Assembly: GCA_037445735.1 (NCBI GenBank)
Contig: JBBIJY010000014.1
Coordinates: 5,175-69,174 of the forward strand
Origin: Armatimonadota bacterium
GTDB lineage: Bacteria > Armatimonadota > Fimbriimonadia > Fimbriimonadales > GBS-DC
Length of the DNA stretch: 64,000 nt
Reading direction: 5' to 3'
This document shows positions 49,543 to 59,491 of this stretch, piece by piece. Each line of letters begins with the position of its first letter. Position 1 is the first letter of the stretch. The translations under genes and the position numbers were made by a program. The notes beneath the pieces were generated by a model. That model did not search any database, had not been told where the DNA came from, and saw only the letters and a program-made list of their open reading frames with translations.

Positions 49543-51510
49543 ATGATGGAGACGATGCAGACCACAACGGCGATTGAGGCGTTGTTGCAGGAGCAGCGGG
49601 TCTTCCCGCCTTCGGACGAGTTTGTGCGACAGGCGAATATCAGCGATGCGGCTATTTATGAAGAGGCGGCGCGCGACTATGAGGCGTTCTGGGCGAAGTG
49701 CGCCGAGATTCTCGACTGGTATCAGAGATGGCACACGGTGCTGGAGTGGAACCCGCCCTATGCGAAGTGGTTTATCGGCGGCAAGCTGAACGCCTGCTAC
49801 AACTGCGTGGATCGGCATGTGAAGACATGGCGGCGCAACAAAGCCGCGCTCATCTGGGAGGGCGAGCCAGGCGAGGAGCGCGTGCTGACCTACAACGACC
49901 TCTATCGCGAGGTGCAGAAGTTCGCCAATGTGCTGAAGGCGCTGGGCGTGCGCAAAGGCGACCGTGTCTGCATCTATATGCCGCTCATCCCCGAAGTGGT
50001 GATTGCGATGCTGGCGTGCGCGCGAATCGGTGCGCCCCATTCGGTGGTGTTCGGCGGGTTCAGCGCGGAGAGCCTCTCGGATCGAATCAACGACGCGCAG
50101 GCGAAGGTGCTGATCACCGCCGATGGCGGCTGGCGCCGCGGCTCGATTGTGCCGCTCAAGCGCAACGCCGATGATGCCCTGCGCAACACGCCCTCCATCG
50201 AGAAAGTGGTTGTCTATCAACGCATTGGCGGCGACTACACCGTGCCGATGCAGCAGGGGCGCGACCTCTGGTGGCACGAGCTGATGGCGAACGCACCGCT
50301 CACCTGCGCGCCAGAACCGATGGACAGCGAAGACCTGCTCTATCTGCTCTACACCTCCGGCTCCACAGGCAAGCCGAAAGGCATCATGCACACCACCGGC
50401 GGCTACCTTGTGGGCGTTGCCCTCACCACCCGATGGGTTTTCGACCTCAAGGATGAAGACATCTACTGGTGTACCGCCGATGTGGGCTGGGTCACAGGGC
50501 ACAGCTATATCGTGTACGGTCCGCTGGCGAACGGGGCGACCTGCGTGATTTACGAGGGCGCACCCGACTATCCCGACCGCGACCGATTCTGGGCGATAGT
50601 GGAGAAATATCGGGTGAACATCCTGTACACCGCGCCGACCGCCATCCGCGCCTTCATGAAGTGGGGCGAGGAGTACCCGCGCCGCCACGATCTGAGCAGC
50701 CTGCGCCTGCTGGGCACCGTCGGCGAACCTATCAACCCCGAAGCGTGGATGTGGTACCACGAGCATATCGGCGGCGGACGCTGCCCGATTGTCGACACAT
50801 GGTGGCAGACCGAGACGGGCATGATTATGATCACGCCGCTACCCGGCATCGTGGCGACCAAGCCCGGCTCCGCCACCAAGCCGTTTCCAGGGGTGTTCCC
50901 GGACATCTTCGACGAGCAGGGCAACCCGGTGCCGCCGAACAGGGGTGGCTATCTGGTGCTGACACGCCCCTGGCCGGCGATGACGCGCGGGCTGTACGGT
51001 GACCCCGAACGCTTCCAGCAAATCTACTGGAGCCGATACCCCGGCATCTATTTCACGGGCGACGGCGCCAAGCGCGATGAGGACGGCTACTTCTGGCTGC
51101 TGGGGCGCGTGGACGATGTGATCAATGTGTCAGGGCATCGCCTCAGCACGATGGAAATCGAAAGCGCGCTGGTGGATCACCCGGCAGTCGCCGAAGCCGC
51201 CGTCATCGGTAAATCGCACGAGATCAAGGGTCAGGCGGTGGCTGCCTTCGTGATTATCAAAGAGGGCTACACCGCCGATGAGCGATTACGCGAGGAACTC
51301 AAGCAGCATGTGGTGGCGAAAATCGGCGCGCTTGCCCGACCCGATGATATTATCTTCACCGCCGACCTGCCCAAAACGCGCAGTGGCAAGATTATGCGTC
51401 GCCTGCTGCGCGATGTGGCGGAAGGGCGCGCACTGGGCGACACCACCACTCTCGCAGACCCCGCCGTCGTGCAGGCGCTCAAAGAGAAATACGAGGGTCA
51501 GGAAGAGTAG
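49543..51510 (+). CDS. acsA: Acetyl-CoA synthetase
   Basis: [11 protein letters not shown]; DTWWQTETG; YFTGDG; [11 protein letters not shown]. Confidence 0.98.
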   Translation: MMETMQTTTAIEALLQEQRVFPPSDEFVRQANISDAAIYEEAARDYEAFWAKCAEILDWYQRWHTVLEWNPPYAKWFIGGKLNACYNCVDRHVKTWRRNKAALIWEGEPGEERVLTYNDLYREVQKFANVLKALGVRKGDRVCIYMPLIPEVVIAMLACARIGAPHSVVFGGFSAESLSDRINDAQAKVLITADGGWRRGSIVPLKRNADDALRNTPSIEKVVVYQRIGGDYTVPMQQGRDLWWHELMANAPLTCAPEPMDSEDLLYLLYTSGSTGKPKGIMHTTGGYLVGVALTTRWVFDLKDEDIYWCTADVGWVTGHSYIVYGPLANGATCVIYEGAPDYPDRDRFWAIVEKYRVNILYTAPTAIRAFMKWGEEYPRRHDLSSLRLLGTVGEPINPEAWMWYHEHIGGGRCPIVDTWWQTETGMIMITPLPGIVATKPGSATKPFPGVFPDIFDEQGNPVPPNRGGYLVLTRPWPAMTRGLYGDPERFQQIYWSRYPGIYFTGDGAKRDEDGYFWLLGRVDDVINVSGHRLSTMEIESALVDHPAVAEAAVIGKSHEIKGQAVAAFVIIKEGYTADERLREELKQHVVAKIGALARPDDIIFTADLPKTRSGKIMRRLLRDVAEGRALGDTTTLADPAVVQALKEKYEGQEE

Positions 51511-51573
51511 CCCTTCCCTCACCGCTCCCCCGGCGTGCTGGCTGAAGCCATCCCGATGAAGCCCCTCTCCTGC

Positions 51574-51621
51574 ACGCGGCAACTGCTTCCAGAGAGGCAA
51601 GCACGGAGGCAGTTGCCGCGT
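51574..51621. other. 17-bp stem-loop downstream of acs
   Basis: ACGCGGCAACTGCTTCC / GGAGGCAGTTGCCGCGT; no U-tract. Confidence 0.55.
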
Positions 51622-51680
51622 CGCGCTATCCACCGCTCAAAATCCCCCGCCATGTGGAATAACCTCTTCTGGCGATTACC

Positions 51681-53141
51681 ATGCTCGAACTGTGGAAGCA
51701 CGGGCTGCTGTGGATCAGCACCGCGCTATATGGCTACCTGATCGTGCATCACACGATTCAGGCGCTTCTGTCGGAGCAGCGGGGGGCGAACCTGCGGCTG
51801 GTCATGCTGCTCGTGTGCTGCCTGGTGTTCGCCGTGATTGATAGCATGCTGCTCAGTGCGGAGCCGCGCCCCCATCCTGCTGTGCGCCTGCTCACCACGA
51901 TTCAGTACATCGTGTCGGTTCTGTGTGCCGTGCTGTTCATCGCGCAGCTGAACGATTCGCTGGATTTGTGCCTTGCCCGCTGGCTGAAGGGCTTGTGGGT
52001 CCTCACAGCGTTGCTGATTATCACCAGCCTGATGGGGCTGACAATTAGCTCGAAAATCGAGACGCTGGCACTCCCGCTCCTGCATGGCTATTATCTGCAT
52101 AGCAGCAGCACGCCGCTGGGCTACGCTTTCTCCGCGCTGACACTGACCGCCTTTCTGGCGACTTTTGTCGTGGCGTACCGCTCCTGGCGCCGCCAGAGCT
52201 GCGCCAATCGCCTGTTGCTGCTCATCCTGAGCCTGATTATCCCGCTGGTGTTAATTGACATGGCAACCTATTACAATCTCATCACGGGTGTACCGACATG
52301 GAATCTCTGCTATGCGATTATCTCGATGGGCTTATCGGCTCACCTGAACGCGCAGCTGCATGAGCTGACCCACAATTTGAAGCAGGCGCATCTGGAGCTG
52401 CAGGCGGCTTATCGCCAGATGATTGAACAGGAGCGGCTCAGCACGATAGGGCAGATTGTGCGCGGGATTGTGCATGACCTGAAAAACTTTTTCAACACGG
52501 TTCAGTCACTGGCGGATGTGGGCGTAATGCGTTTGAAACGCGATCCGGCATTTGACCCCGCCGAATACTTTACCAGCATCGGCAACGCCACGCGTCAGGC
52601 GCACCAGTACCTGCTGGAGCTGCTGGAGATGACCCATGAGCAGGGCGAGCTGCAGATAGGGGAAGTATCGCCCGCCGAGATTGTGAACGAGGTTGCCCGC
52701 CTGTCGGGCGCCCGCTTCCTGGAGCCGCCCGTGCAGCTCATCAACAACATCCCGATCGGGCTGCGCATGGAGGCAGACCGCCGCTATCTGGCACAGCTGT
52801 TTTTGAATCTAACCCTGAATGCGCTGCAGGCGATGCGGGAGTGGCACGGCGAACGACGCATCGAGTTCGACTGGATCGAGCAGCCCGATTGCGTGGTGCT
52901 CACCATGCACGACACCGGACCCGGCTTGCCCGAAGAGGTAAGCGCTCATCTGTTTGAGCGTGAGGTCACCACCCGTCAGGGCGGCACAGGGCTGGGACTG
53001 ATGCTGGCACGCCGCGCGCTGGAAAAGCACAACGCCACCGTAGAGGTGCATTCCGCGCCAGGCAAAGGCACACGGTTCATCTTCCGATTTCCCACACCAC
53101 CCCGATTCATGCAGCAGCCCGAATATGTCGCGGTGGCGTGA
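51681..53141 (+). CDS. 7TM membrane sensor histidine kinase
   Basis: Multiple TMs; IVHDLKN; NLTLNA; DTGPG; GTGLGL. Confidence 0.9.
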   Translation: MLELWKHGLLWISTALYGYLIVHHTIQALLSEQRGANLRLVMLLVCCLVFAVIDSMLLSAEPRPHPAVRLLTTIQYIVSVLCAVLFIAQLNDSLDLCLARWLKGLWVLTALLIITSLMGLTISSKIETLALPLLHGYYLHSSSTPLGYAFSALTLTAFLATFVVAYRSWRRQSCANRLLLLILSLIIPLVLIDMATYYNLITGVPTWNLCYAIISMGLSAHLNAQLHELTHNLKQAHLELQAAYRQMIEQERLSTIGQIVRGIVHDLKNFFNTVQSLADVGVMRLKRDPAFDPAEYFTSIGNATRQAHQYLLELLEMTHEQGELQIGEVSPAEIVNEVARLSGARFLEPPVQLINNIPIGLRMEADRRYLAQLFLNLTLNALQAMREWHGERRIEFDWIEQPDCVVLTMHDTGPGLPEEVSAHLFEREVTTRQGGTGLGLMLARRALEKHNATVEVHSAPGKGTRFIFRFPTPPRFMQQPEYVAVA

Positions 53142-53201
53142 ACATTAAAGCAGGAATCGCGTGGTGGGCAGTCGAACCCTTTCCACAGGGAGGCGATAAG
53201 C

Positions 53202-53936
53202 GTGGAAGAGCCAGTTAAGCGCTCTGACGCTGTGGAAAAAGAGTACACACAAGCTGTCATCTATGGTCTGCTGGGACTGGTGATGCTGCTGCTAACATGG
53301 CTGTTCTGGCGCTATGGGGGCATGTTCTACTCCTTCTCGTGGGGTTTCGGGCTGGTGTGGCTCGGCTCGTGGGTATATGCGGGCTGGTCGCTCTATAAAA
53401 CGCGCAACATACCTGCCTATCCCGTGAGCTGCCCCTACTGCCAGAAGGAGAATGTGTTCGTGGCGCCGCCGCAAAGCGATTTCACCTGCGAACACTGTCG
53501 GCGGCTCGTGCCGGTGGAGAACGGGCATGTGCTGGAGGTGGTGACGGTGCGTTGCCCCCACTGCCGCGCCACCGAGCAGGTCTCGCCCCGCGCCCGAACC
53601 GCCATCTGCGAGCATTGCCAGCGCGAGTTCAGCGTGGTCGCCCCCACACAGACGCAGGTCTCGATGCCCCTGCCGCAGGACGACCCCACACCCTACGAAC
53701 TGGTGCTGCTCGGCGTGGAACGCCTGAAGGAAGAAGAAGCCATTGCCCATCTGGAGTCGTTCCTCACCCTCACCCGACCCGATGTGAAGAAACTGCTCCA
53801 GAGTGCGCCCGTGGTCATTCTGACCAATCTGCCACGCCGAAAAGCCGAAATGCTGGTCAAAGACCTGCAGCAGTGGGGCATCAAAACGGAGATACGGGCG
53901 ATCGAGGATCCGAGCCGCGTGCCCACACCATGGTGA
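53202..53936 (+). CDS. Membrane protein with four CxxC pairs and an L7/L12-C-terminal-like domain
   Basis: 2 TMs; CPYC, CEHC, CPHC, CEHC; tail VKKLL..APVVILTNLPRRKAE. Confidence 0.65.
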   Translation: MEEPVKRSDAVEKEYTQAVIYGLLGLVMLLLTWLFWRYGGMFYSFSWGFGLVWLGSWVYAGWSLYKTRNIPAYPVSCPYCQKENVFVAPPQSDFTCEHCRRLVPVENGHVLEVVTVRCPHCRATEQVSPRARTAICEHCQREFSVVAPTQTQVSMPLPQDDPTPYELVLLGVERLKEEEAIAHLESFLTLTRPDVKKLLQSAPVVILTNLPRRKAEMLVKDLQQWGIKTEIRAIEDPSRVPTPW

Positions 53937-53963
53937 GATAGCGGGCGGGTACAATCGAACCCG

Positions 53964-54710
53964 ATGAACCTGCCCGGAGCCTATTTTCAACGGCTGCGTC
54001 AGCAGCTACAGGAGCTGGAGCGCCGCTCGCTGAGCGCGATTGAGCAGGCAGCCGAGCGGTGCGCTCAGTGCCTGCTGCGCGGCGGTGCGATCCATGTGTA
54101 CGACACGGGGCATCTTGTCTCGCGTGAACTTATCAATCGCGCGGGTGGGCTGGCAGCGTTCACCCCGTTCAGCTTCGACCTGCAGGTGCAGAACCCGCAC
54201 CCCTATCGCGAGGCGCATGGGATCAGCGCTGGGTCCACGCCCGATACTGTTCGCGCGATTGTGCGTGCCGCACTGGATCGCAGTCGCATCGTGCCAGGCG
54301 ATGTGCTGATTATCGGCAGCGTGTCGGGCAAGACGCCGATCCCTGTGGAGCTGGCGTTGCAGGCACGGCAGCGCGGCGTGTTCACTGTTGCGCTCACCGC
54401 CCTTGACTACTCGTCCCGCCTCGAATCGGAACATGAGTCGGGCAAGCGGCTCTTTGAGGTGGCGGATCTGGTCATCGATAACGCTGCGCCCTATGGCGAC
54501 GCGATGATGAGCCTTGAAGGGCTGGAGACGCCGTTCTGTCCTGCTTCGGGCATCGGCGGCGCCGCCGCGCTGTGGGCGCTGGTGGCGGGTATCGTTGAAA
54601 TAATGGCAGCGGCAGGCAAGCCGCCCACCATCTTCGCCAGCATCAATCGTCCCGACGGGCAGCAACGCTACCAGCAGAGCATCGAACAGTTCAGACAGCG
54701 AGGCTATTGA
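53964..54710 (+). CDS. SIS-domain sugar isomerase-like protein
   Basis: RAGGL; GDVLII.SVSG; HESGKRLFEVADLVIDN..PYGDA. Confidence 0.85.
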   Translation: MNLPGAYFQRLRQQLQELERRSLSAIEQAAERCAQCLLRGGAIHVYDTGHLVSRELINRAGGLAAFTPFSFDLQVQNPHPYREAHGISAGSTPDTVRAIVRAALDRSRIVPGDVLIIGSVSGKTPIPVELALQARQRGVFTVALTALDYSSRLESEHESGKRLFEVADLVIDNAAPYGDAMMSLEGLETPFCPASGIGGAAALWALVAGIVEIMAAAGKPPTIFASINRPDGQQRYQQSIEQFRQRGY

Positions 54711-54711
54711 G

Positions 54712-55128
54712 ATGAAAACGATACTGTTTGTGTGTGTGGGCAACTCATGTCGGAGCCAGATGGCGGAGGGGTTCGCTAACGCGCTCGGTCAGGGCAAGGT
54801 GGTCGCCTTCAGCGCAGGCACAATGCCCGCTGCACGGGTGCATCCGCTCGCCGTCGAAGCGATGCGCGAGATCGGCATCGATATCTCCCGCCAGTATCCC
54901 AAATCGGTGGAGGAGTTCGATATGGGCAGTTTCGACGCGGTGGTCAGCCTGTGCGATGCGTCCACCGACACGCTGTGCCCCGCGAACTTCGGGGGCGTGC
55001 GCGAGCAGTGGAACATCCCCGATCCCGTCGGGCTGCCGATGGAGGAGTTCCGCCGTATTCGCGACACGATTGGCGAGCGGGTCAAAGCGCTGGTTAACCG
55101 ATTGCTGATGGAGGGCGATGGCTGCTGA
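54712..55128 (+). CDS. arsC: Arsenate reductase / LMW phosphotyrosine phosphatase
   Basis: CVGNSCRSQMAEG; W.IPDP. Confidence 0.88.
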   Translation: MKTILFVCVGNSCRSQMAEGFANALGQGKVVAFSAGTMPAARVHPLAVEAMREIGIDISRQYPKSVEEFDMGSFDAVVSLCDASTDTLCPANFGGVREQWNIPDPVGLPMEEFRRIRDTIGERVKALVNRLLMEGDGC

Positions 55129-55786
55129 GCGACTGCGTGTGGTGATTGCGAGCCACAATCGCGCCAAGTCGCGCGAAATTGTTGCACTGCTGACCGAAGG
55201 GCTGCGCGATTTGCCAGTGGAGATTCCGCTGTTGTGCGACTATCCGAACGCGCCTGTGCCGGACGAGACCGAATCGACCTATGCGGGCAACGCCGCGCTG
55301 AAGGCATGCGCCTGCGCACGGTTCACCGGCGAGGTCGCACTGGCGGACGACGCGGGGCTGGAGATCGACGCGCTCAATGGTCAACCTGGCTTGCACTCGC
55401 GCCGATTCGCGGGTGAGCAGACGCCCTTCACCGTCAAGATGGGGCTGATACTGGAGCGATTGCAGGCGGTGCCTGATGAGCGGCGCACGGCTCGCTTCCG
55501 CTGCGCCGTCGCGATTGCCACGCCCGAAGGCGACCTGTACCTTTTTGAAGACACGCTGGAGGGGCGTATCGCGCAGGCGCCACGCGGACAGTACGGCTTC
55601 GGCTATGACCCCATCTTCTACCTGCCTGCGTTCGGCTGCACGCTCGCCGAGCTGCACCCCGCCTTCAAGAACCGTATCAGCCATCGCGCGAAGGTGCTGC
55701 GGCAGGCAATCCCGAAACTGCGCACGATTTTGCAGGCACGCCTGCAGGCACAGAGCGTCGAACTGGACGAGGCAGAAAGCGTCTAA
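55118..55786 (+). CDS. rdgB: Non-canonical purine NTP pyrophosphatase
   Basis: SHN..K; NA..KA; ADD.GL.IDAL; GFGYDPIF; KNRISHR. Confidence 0.94.
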   Translation: MAAERLRVVIASHNRAKSREIVALLTEGLRDLPVEIPLLCDYPNAPVPDETESTYAGNAALKACACARFTGEVALADDAGLEIDALNGQPGLHSRRFAGEQTPFTVKMGLILERLQAVPDERRTARFRCAVAIATPEGDLYLFEDTLEGRIAQAPRGQYGFGYDPIFYLPAFGCTLAELHPAFKNRISHRAKVLRQAIPKLRTILQARLQAQSVELDEAESV

Positions 55787-55803
55787 ACCTGTGGAGGCAA
55801 ACG

Positions 55804-57021
55804 ATGAACATCCTCGAGAGCTTTCTATCGGCGATAGAGAGCCTGCGGGCAAACAAAATGCGCACACTGCTGACCATGCTGGGCGTGATTATCGGCGTGG
55901 GCGCAGTGATCGCAATGATCGGGATAGCGCAGGGCGCCCGCGCCTACACGCTGGAGCAGGTGCAGAAGCTGGGCGCGAATGTGCTGACCGTGCGCGCGGG
56001 TCAGGCACGGCGCGGCGGCGCGTTCCTGGGATTCGGCAGCGTGCAGACGATGAAGCCATCAGACGCCGACGCCATCCTCAAAAGCTGCGGCGGGCTGGTC
56101 GCTCGCGTCTCACCCGAAACCTCCTCATCATTCCAGGTGAAATATTTCAATCGCAATACGCGCACCAGCGTTACTGGCGCCTGGCCCGAATATGCCGAGA
56201 TTCGCAATCTGGTGCTGGCGGAAGGGCGCTACTACAACGAGTCGGAAGAGCGCGCGATGGCACGAGTCGCCGTCATCGGGCACACCGTATGGGAAGAGCT
56301 GTTCCAGAACGGCGCATGCATCGGCAAGACCATCCGCATTAATGGTCAACCATTTCGGGTCATCGGGCGATTACAGTACAAGGGCGACACGGGCTTCCGC
56401 AGCTTCGATGACCGCATCTATGTGCCGCTGTCGACCGCGATGCGTCGCCTGATGGGCGTGGAGCATGTGGAGGGGCTTTCCGTCCAGGCAAGCTCAGGCG
56501 AGGTGATGGAAGCCACCCAGCAATGTGTGGAAGAGACGCTCATGCGCGTGCATCGCATTCCGCCCTGGGAAGAACCCGATTTCCGCGTGTTCAATCAGGG
56601 CGAGTTCGTGGAGACGGTCGAGCAGACGGCGCGCACCTTCACCTTCCTGCTGGCGGGCGTCGCGCTGGTCTCGCTCATCGTGGGCGGTATCGGCATTATG
56701 AACATCATGCTGGTGTCGGTGACGGAGCGCACGCGCGAGATCGGGCTGCGCAAGGCGATTGGTGCCACCCGTCAGAACATCCTCGCGCAGTTCCTGATCG
56801 AGTCGGTGGTCATCAGCGTCGCGGGCGGGCTGATTGGCATCGCAGTGGGCTATGCGGCGGCAACCTACATCAGCCTGCAGGCGAACTGGAAGGTGCTGAT
56901 TCCTGTGGAGGGCGTGCTGCTGGCATTCGGTTTCGCTGCGCTGGTGGGCATCTTTTTCGGGCTGTATCCCGCGTGGCGGGCTGCCCAGCTGCAACCGATA
57001 GAGGCTCTGCGGTATGAATAA
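55804..57021 (+). CDS. MacB/FtsX-type ABC permease
   Basis: LTMLGVIIG; GGIGIMNIMLVSVTERTREIG; YPA.RAA.L.PIEALRYE. Confidence 0.93.
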   Translation: MNILESFLSAIESLRANKMRTLLTMLGVIIGVGAVIAMIGIAQGARAYTLEQVQKLGANVLTVRAGQARRGGAFLGFGSVQTMKPSDADAILKSCGGLVARVSPETSSSFQVKYFNRNTRTSVTGAWPEYAEIRNLVLAEGRYYNESEERAMARVAVIGHTVWEELFQNGACIGKTIRINGQPFRVIGRLQYKGDTGFRSFDDRIYVPLSTAMRRLMGVEHVEGLSVQASSGEVMEATQQCVEETLMRVHRIPPWEEPDFRVFNQGEFVETVEQTARTFTFLLAGVALVSLIVGGIGIMNIMLVSVTERTREIGLRKAIGATRQNILAQFLIESVVISVAGGLIGIAVGYAAATYISLQANWKVLIPVEGVLLAFGFAALVGIFFGLYPAWRAAQLQPIEALRYE

Positions 57022-57077
57022 CTCCCTCACCTCAGAGGAGAGAGCAAGTTAGCCATCCCTCCAGGGGGCGAGGGTAT

Positions 57078-57236
57078 TATCTATATCCCTCTCCCCCTCT
57101 GGGGGAGAGGGTGCGGGTGAGGGGGCAGGGTATCTATATCCCTCTCCCCCTCTGGGGGAGAGGGTACGGGTGAGGGGGCAGGGTATCTATATCCCTCTCC
57201 CCCTCTGGGGGAGAGGGTACGGGTGAGGGGGCAGGG
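57078..57236. repeat. Three tandem 53-bp REP-like units
   Basis: TATCTATATCCCTCTCCCCCTCTGGGGGAGAGGGT(G/A)CGGGTGAGGGGGCAGGG at 57078, 57131 and 57184. Confidence 0.92.
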
Positions 57237-57271
57237 ACCGATGGACACATTCAGACGAGGTTCATACAACA

Positions 57272-57787
57272 ATGTCCGAAACAGGTCGGCAGGAGTTTCT
57301 CTATCGGGATGGGCCGATCGGGTTGCAGGTGCTGCCCGAACAGGGTGGCTGGCGCGTGGTGCTGCCCGACGGCACGGAGCATCGCGTGCTGGAGTGGCAG
57401 ATTCGTGACGAGGGCGTCTTGCGCCTGCGCACGCCCGCGGGCGTATGGCAGCTGGGCTTCCAGCTCAGCGGCGACGAAATCACGCTGTGCTATCAGGGGC
57501 GCGTCTATCGGTTTCGAAGGGGCAGAGAAAAGCGAGCGTCGGGCAGCCACTCCAGCGCGGAAGGCATGCTCGCTGCCCCCATGCCGGGCTTAATTCGCAA
57601 AGTGCTGGTGCAGAGAGGCGACACGGTGCAGGCGGGTCAACCGCTGATTGTGCTGGAGGCGATGAAGACGGAGCAAACCCTGCGGTCGCCCTACGCCGGT
57701 GTGGTGCAGTCGCTCAACTGCCGCGAGGGCGAGATTGTGCAGGAGGGCGCCCTTCTGGTGGAAGTTCGCCCCATGCAGGCGGAGTGA
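57272..57787 (+). CDS. Biotin carboxyl carrier domain protein
   Basis: APMPG; LEAMKTE with intact biotinyl Lys. Confidence 0.9.
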   Translation: MSETGRQEFLYRDGPIGLQVLPEQGGWRVVLPDGTEHRVLEWQIRDEGVLRLRTPAGVWQLGFQLSGDEITLCYQGRVYRFRRGREKRASGSHSSAEGMLAAPMPGLIRKVLVQRGDTVQAGQPLIVLEAMKTEQTLRSPYAGVVQSLNCREGEIVQEGALLVEVRPMQAE

Positions 57788-57790
57788 GGC

Positions 57791-59425
57791 TCAGAGGCTG
57801 CGCACCCGATTGCGCCAGGCGACCAGATCGCTCACACTGCCGAAGGTGAGCCACGGGGTCAGCACGCGCCGCCATGCATCCAGCGCCTGATACACATACA
57901 CCGCTACCGACGGCCACTCGTAGCTCAGTTCGTAGTTGTGATGATAGATGATCCCGCCCCCGCGCAGCCACTTATTCAGCCCGTCCCTGATGAGGCGTGC
58001 GCCCAGCATGCGTGTGAACATCAGATCGACGCTTTCGCCCGATGTGCCGTAGCCTTCGGCGAGCGCGAGCGTGGCACGGTCCGCCGGTTGCGTGGCATAG
58101 TTCACATTATTGCTGTAAAGCGGGTCATAGGCGTCCACCAGCTCGATGCCGTAGCGTCGCTCCAGCGGGTTGCGCAGGTAGGGCGTGTGCGCCATCAGCC
58201 GTGCGCCAGGCGCAACAACACAGGAGCTGACCCAAGCCCGCACCACGCGCACGGGCGTCTCCTCCCGCAAAAAGCGCAGATAGCGATCGGTGAACTGGTT
58301 ATTGGCGAAGTTCAGATAGCGATGGCGATTGCACCAGCTGGTGGCGAAGCCCATCTGCCGCATCTCGTCCAGCGTGCCTTTCCAGTGGGCGCGGAACGCC
58401 GCCGGCGAACTCATCTCGCGAAACGAGCCGTAAGGGTTCGTCCACGCCCGCGCATTCCCGAACCCCAGCGTGCTTTCAATCTGCCAGTAATGGTCGTGCC
58501 AGCAGCAGGGGAAACAACCATCCTGCTCCTGCAATAGAATCTGGTGAATCTGCGCCAGCTGCGCATTGTAGTTGCGCGCGTTGCGATGCAGGTAAGGGTT
58601 CGTCGGACTCAGATTGCTGAGCGCGCTGGTGGTGCAACCGCACTGCACGACCAGCCCCGTGGTCTGACAGAAGGCACGAATCCACTGCACCGACTGCAGA
58701 TAGATGTCGTAGCTCCAGCCGGGCGCGTTCGGTGCGCCCCAGGTGCAGATGTGGTCGATATCCATGCTCAGCGGGCGGCTCCAGGCGGGATCCGCCTCCT
58801 CGTTCACCATCATCCACGGGATCAACCAGGGCGAGGTTGCCAGCGAGCCGAGCGTCGGCACAAAATAGCGATTATACCAGCGCGCGATATACACATGGCT
58901 CGCCTGCGGGTGCAACTCGGCATCCGGACGCAGCAACACCTGCAGGTTCGGATTCGTTTCATCGACGCTCAGCGCATGATAGATGTTATTCACCCGCGCA
59001 GTGAACGATTCCACGATTACGCGCGTGCCCGTCTGGGTCCAGACAGCGCGGCGCCCGATCATTTTAATGTCGGTTGGCGAGCCATCGAGCGGTGTGATGC
59101 CCCGCACGCCTGTGGCGGGCGTGCCGCCTGTGCCCTGCGGTGTTCGGTAGCCGACCAGATAGAGCGGTTTATCGCCTGGCGCGTAGTTCACCCAGCTGAA
59201 GATTTCCAGCCCCGATGTGTAGTCGGACAGGTAGGGCACGATGCCCATATCGTACTGGGCGTTGAACTGGCTCTTGCTCACATCACCCGCCACAATAATA
59301 TCGGCAGGCTGACCCCAGAGCCACAGCACGCTCTTCCACATGCGCGCAATGCGATCATTCTGAATGAACGCTGCATGCGCCCGATTGCGGGTCGGTATAA
59401 TCAGAGCCACACGCTTGGTCGCCAT
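57791..59425 (-). CDS. Hypothetical protein, possibly with a C-terminal polysaccharide-deacetylase-like domain
   Basis: 544-aa ORF from MATKRVAL; SMDIDH, CWHDH, YHH motifs. Confidence 0.55.
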   Translation of the reverse strand: MATKRVALIIPTRNRAHAAFIQNDRIARMWKSVLWLWGQPADIIVAGDVSKSQFNAQYDMGIVPYLSDYTSGLEIFSWVNYAPGDKPLYLVGYRTPQGTGGTPATGVRGITPLDGSPTDIKMIGRRAVWTQTGTRVIVESFTARVNNIYHALSVDETNPNLQVLLRPDAELHPQASHVYIARWYNRYFVPTLGSLATSPWLIPWMMVNEEADPAWSRPLSMDIDHICTWGAPNAPGWSYDIYLQSVQWIRAFCQTTGLVVQCGCTTSALSNLSPTNPYLHRNARNYNAQLAQIHQILLQEQDGCFPCCWHDHYWQIESTLGFGNARAWTNPYGSFREMSSPAAFRAHWKGTLDEMRQMGFATSWCNRHRYLNFANNQFTDRYLRFLREETPVRVVRAWVSSCVVAPGARLMAHTPYLRNPLERRYGIELVDAYDPLYSNNVNYATQPADRATLALAEGYGTSGESVDLMFTRMLGARLIRDGLNKWLRGGGIIYHHNYELSYEWPSVAVYVYQALDAWRRVLTPWLTFGSVSDLVAWRNRVRSL

Positions 59426-59491
59426 CCCGATTGCTATTATAGCACAGGGATGGGGGCAGGAGCACCAAGGCACGGCGCGAAACTGGCACTT

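Noticed and set aside
57078-57236. CRISPR array
   Set aside because: The units are contiguous near-identical repeats with no unique spacers, and no cas genes are present.
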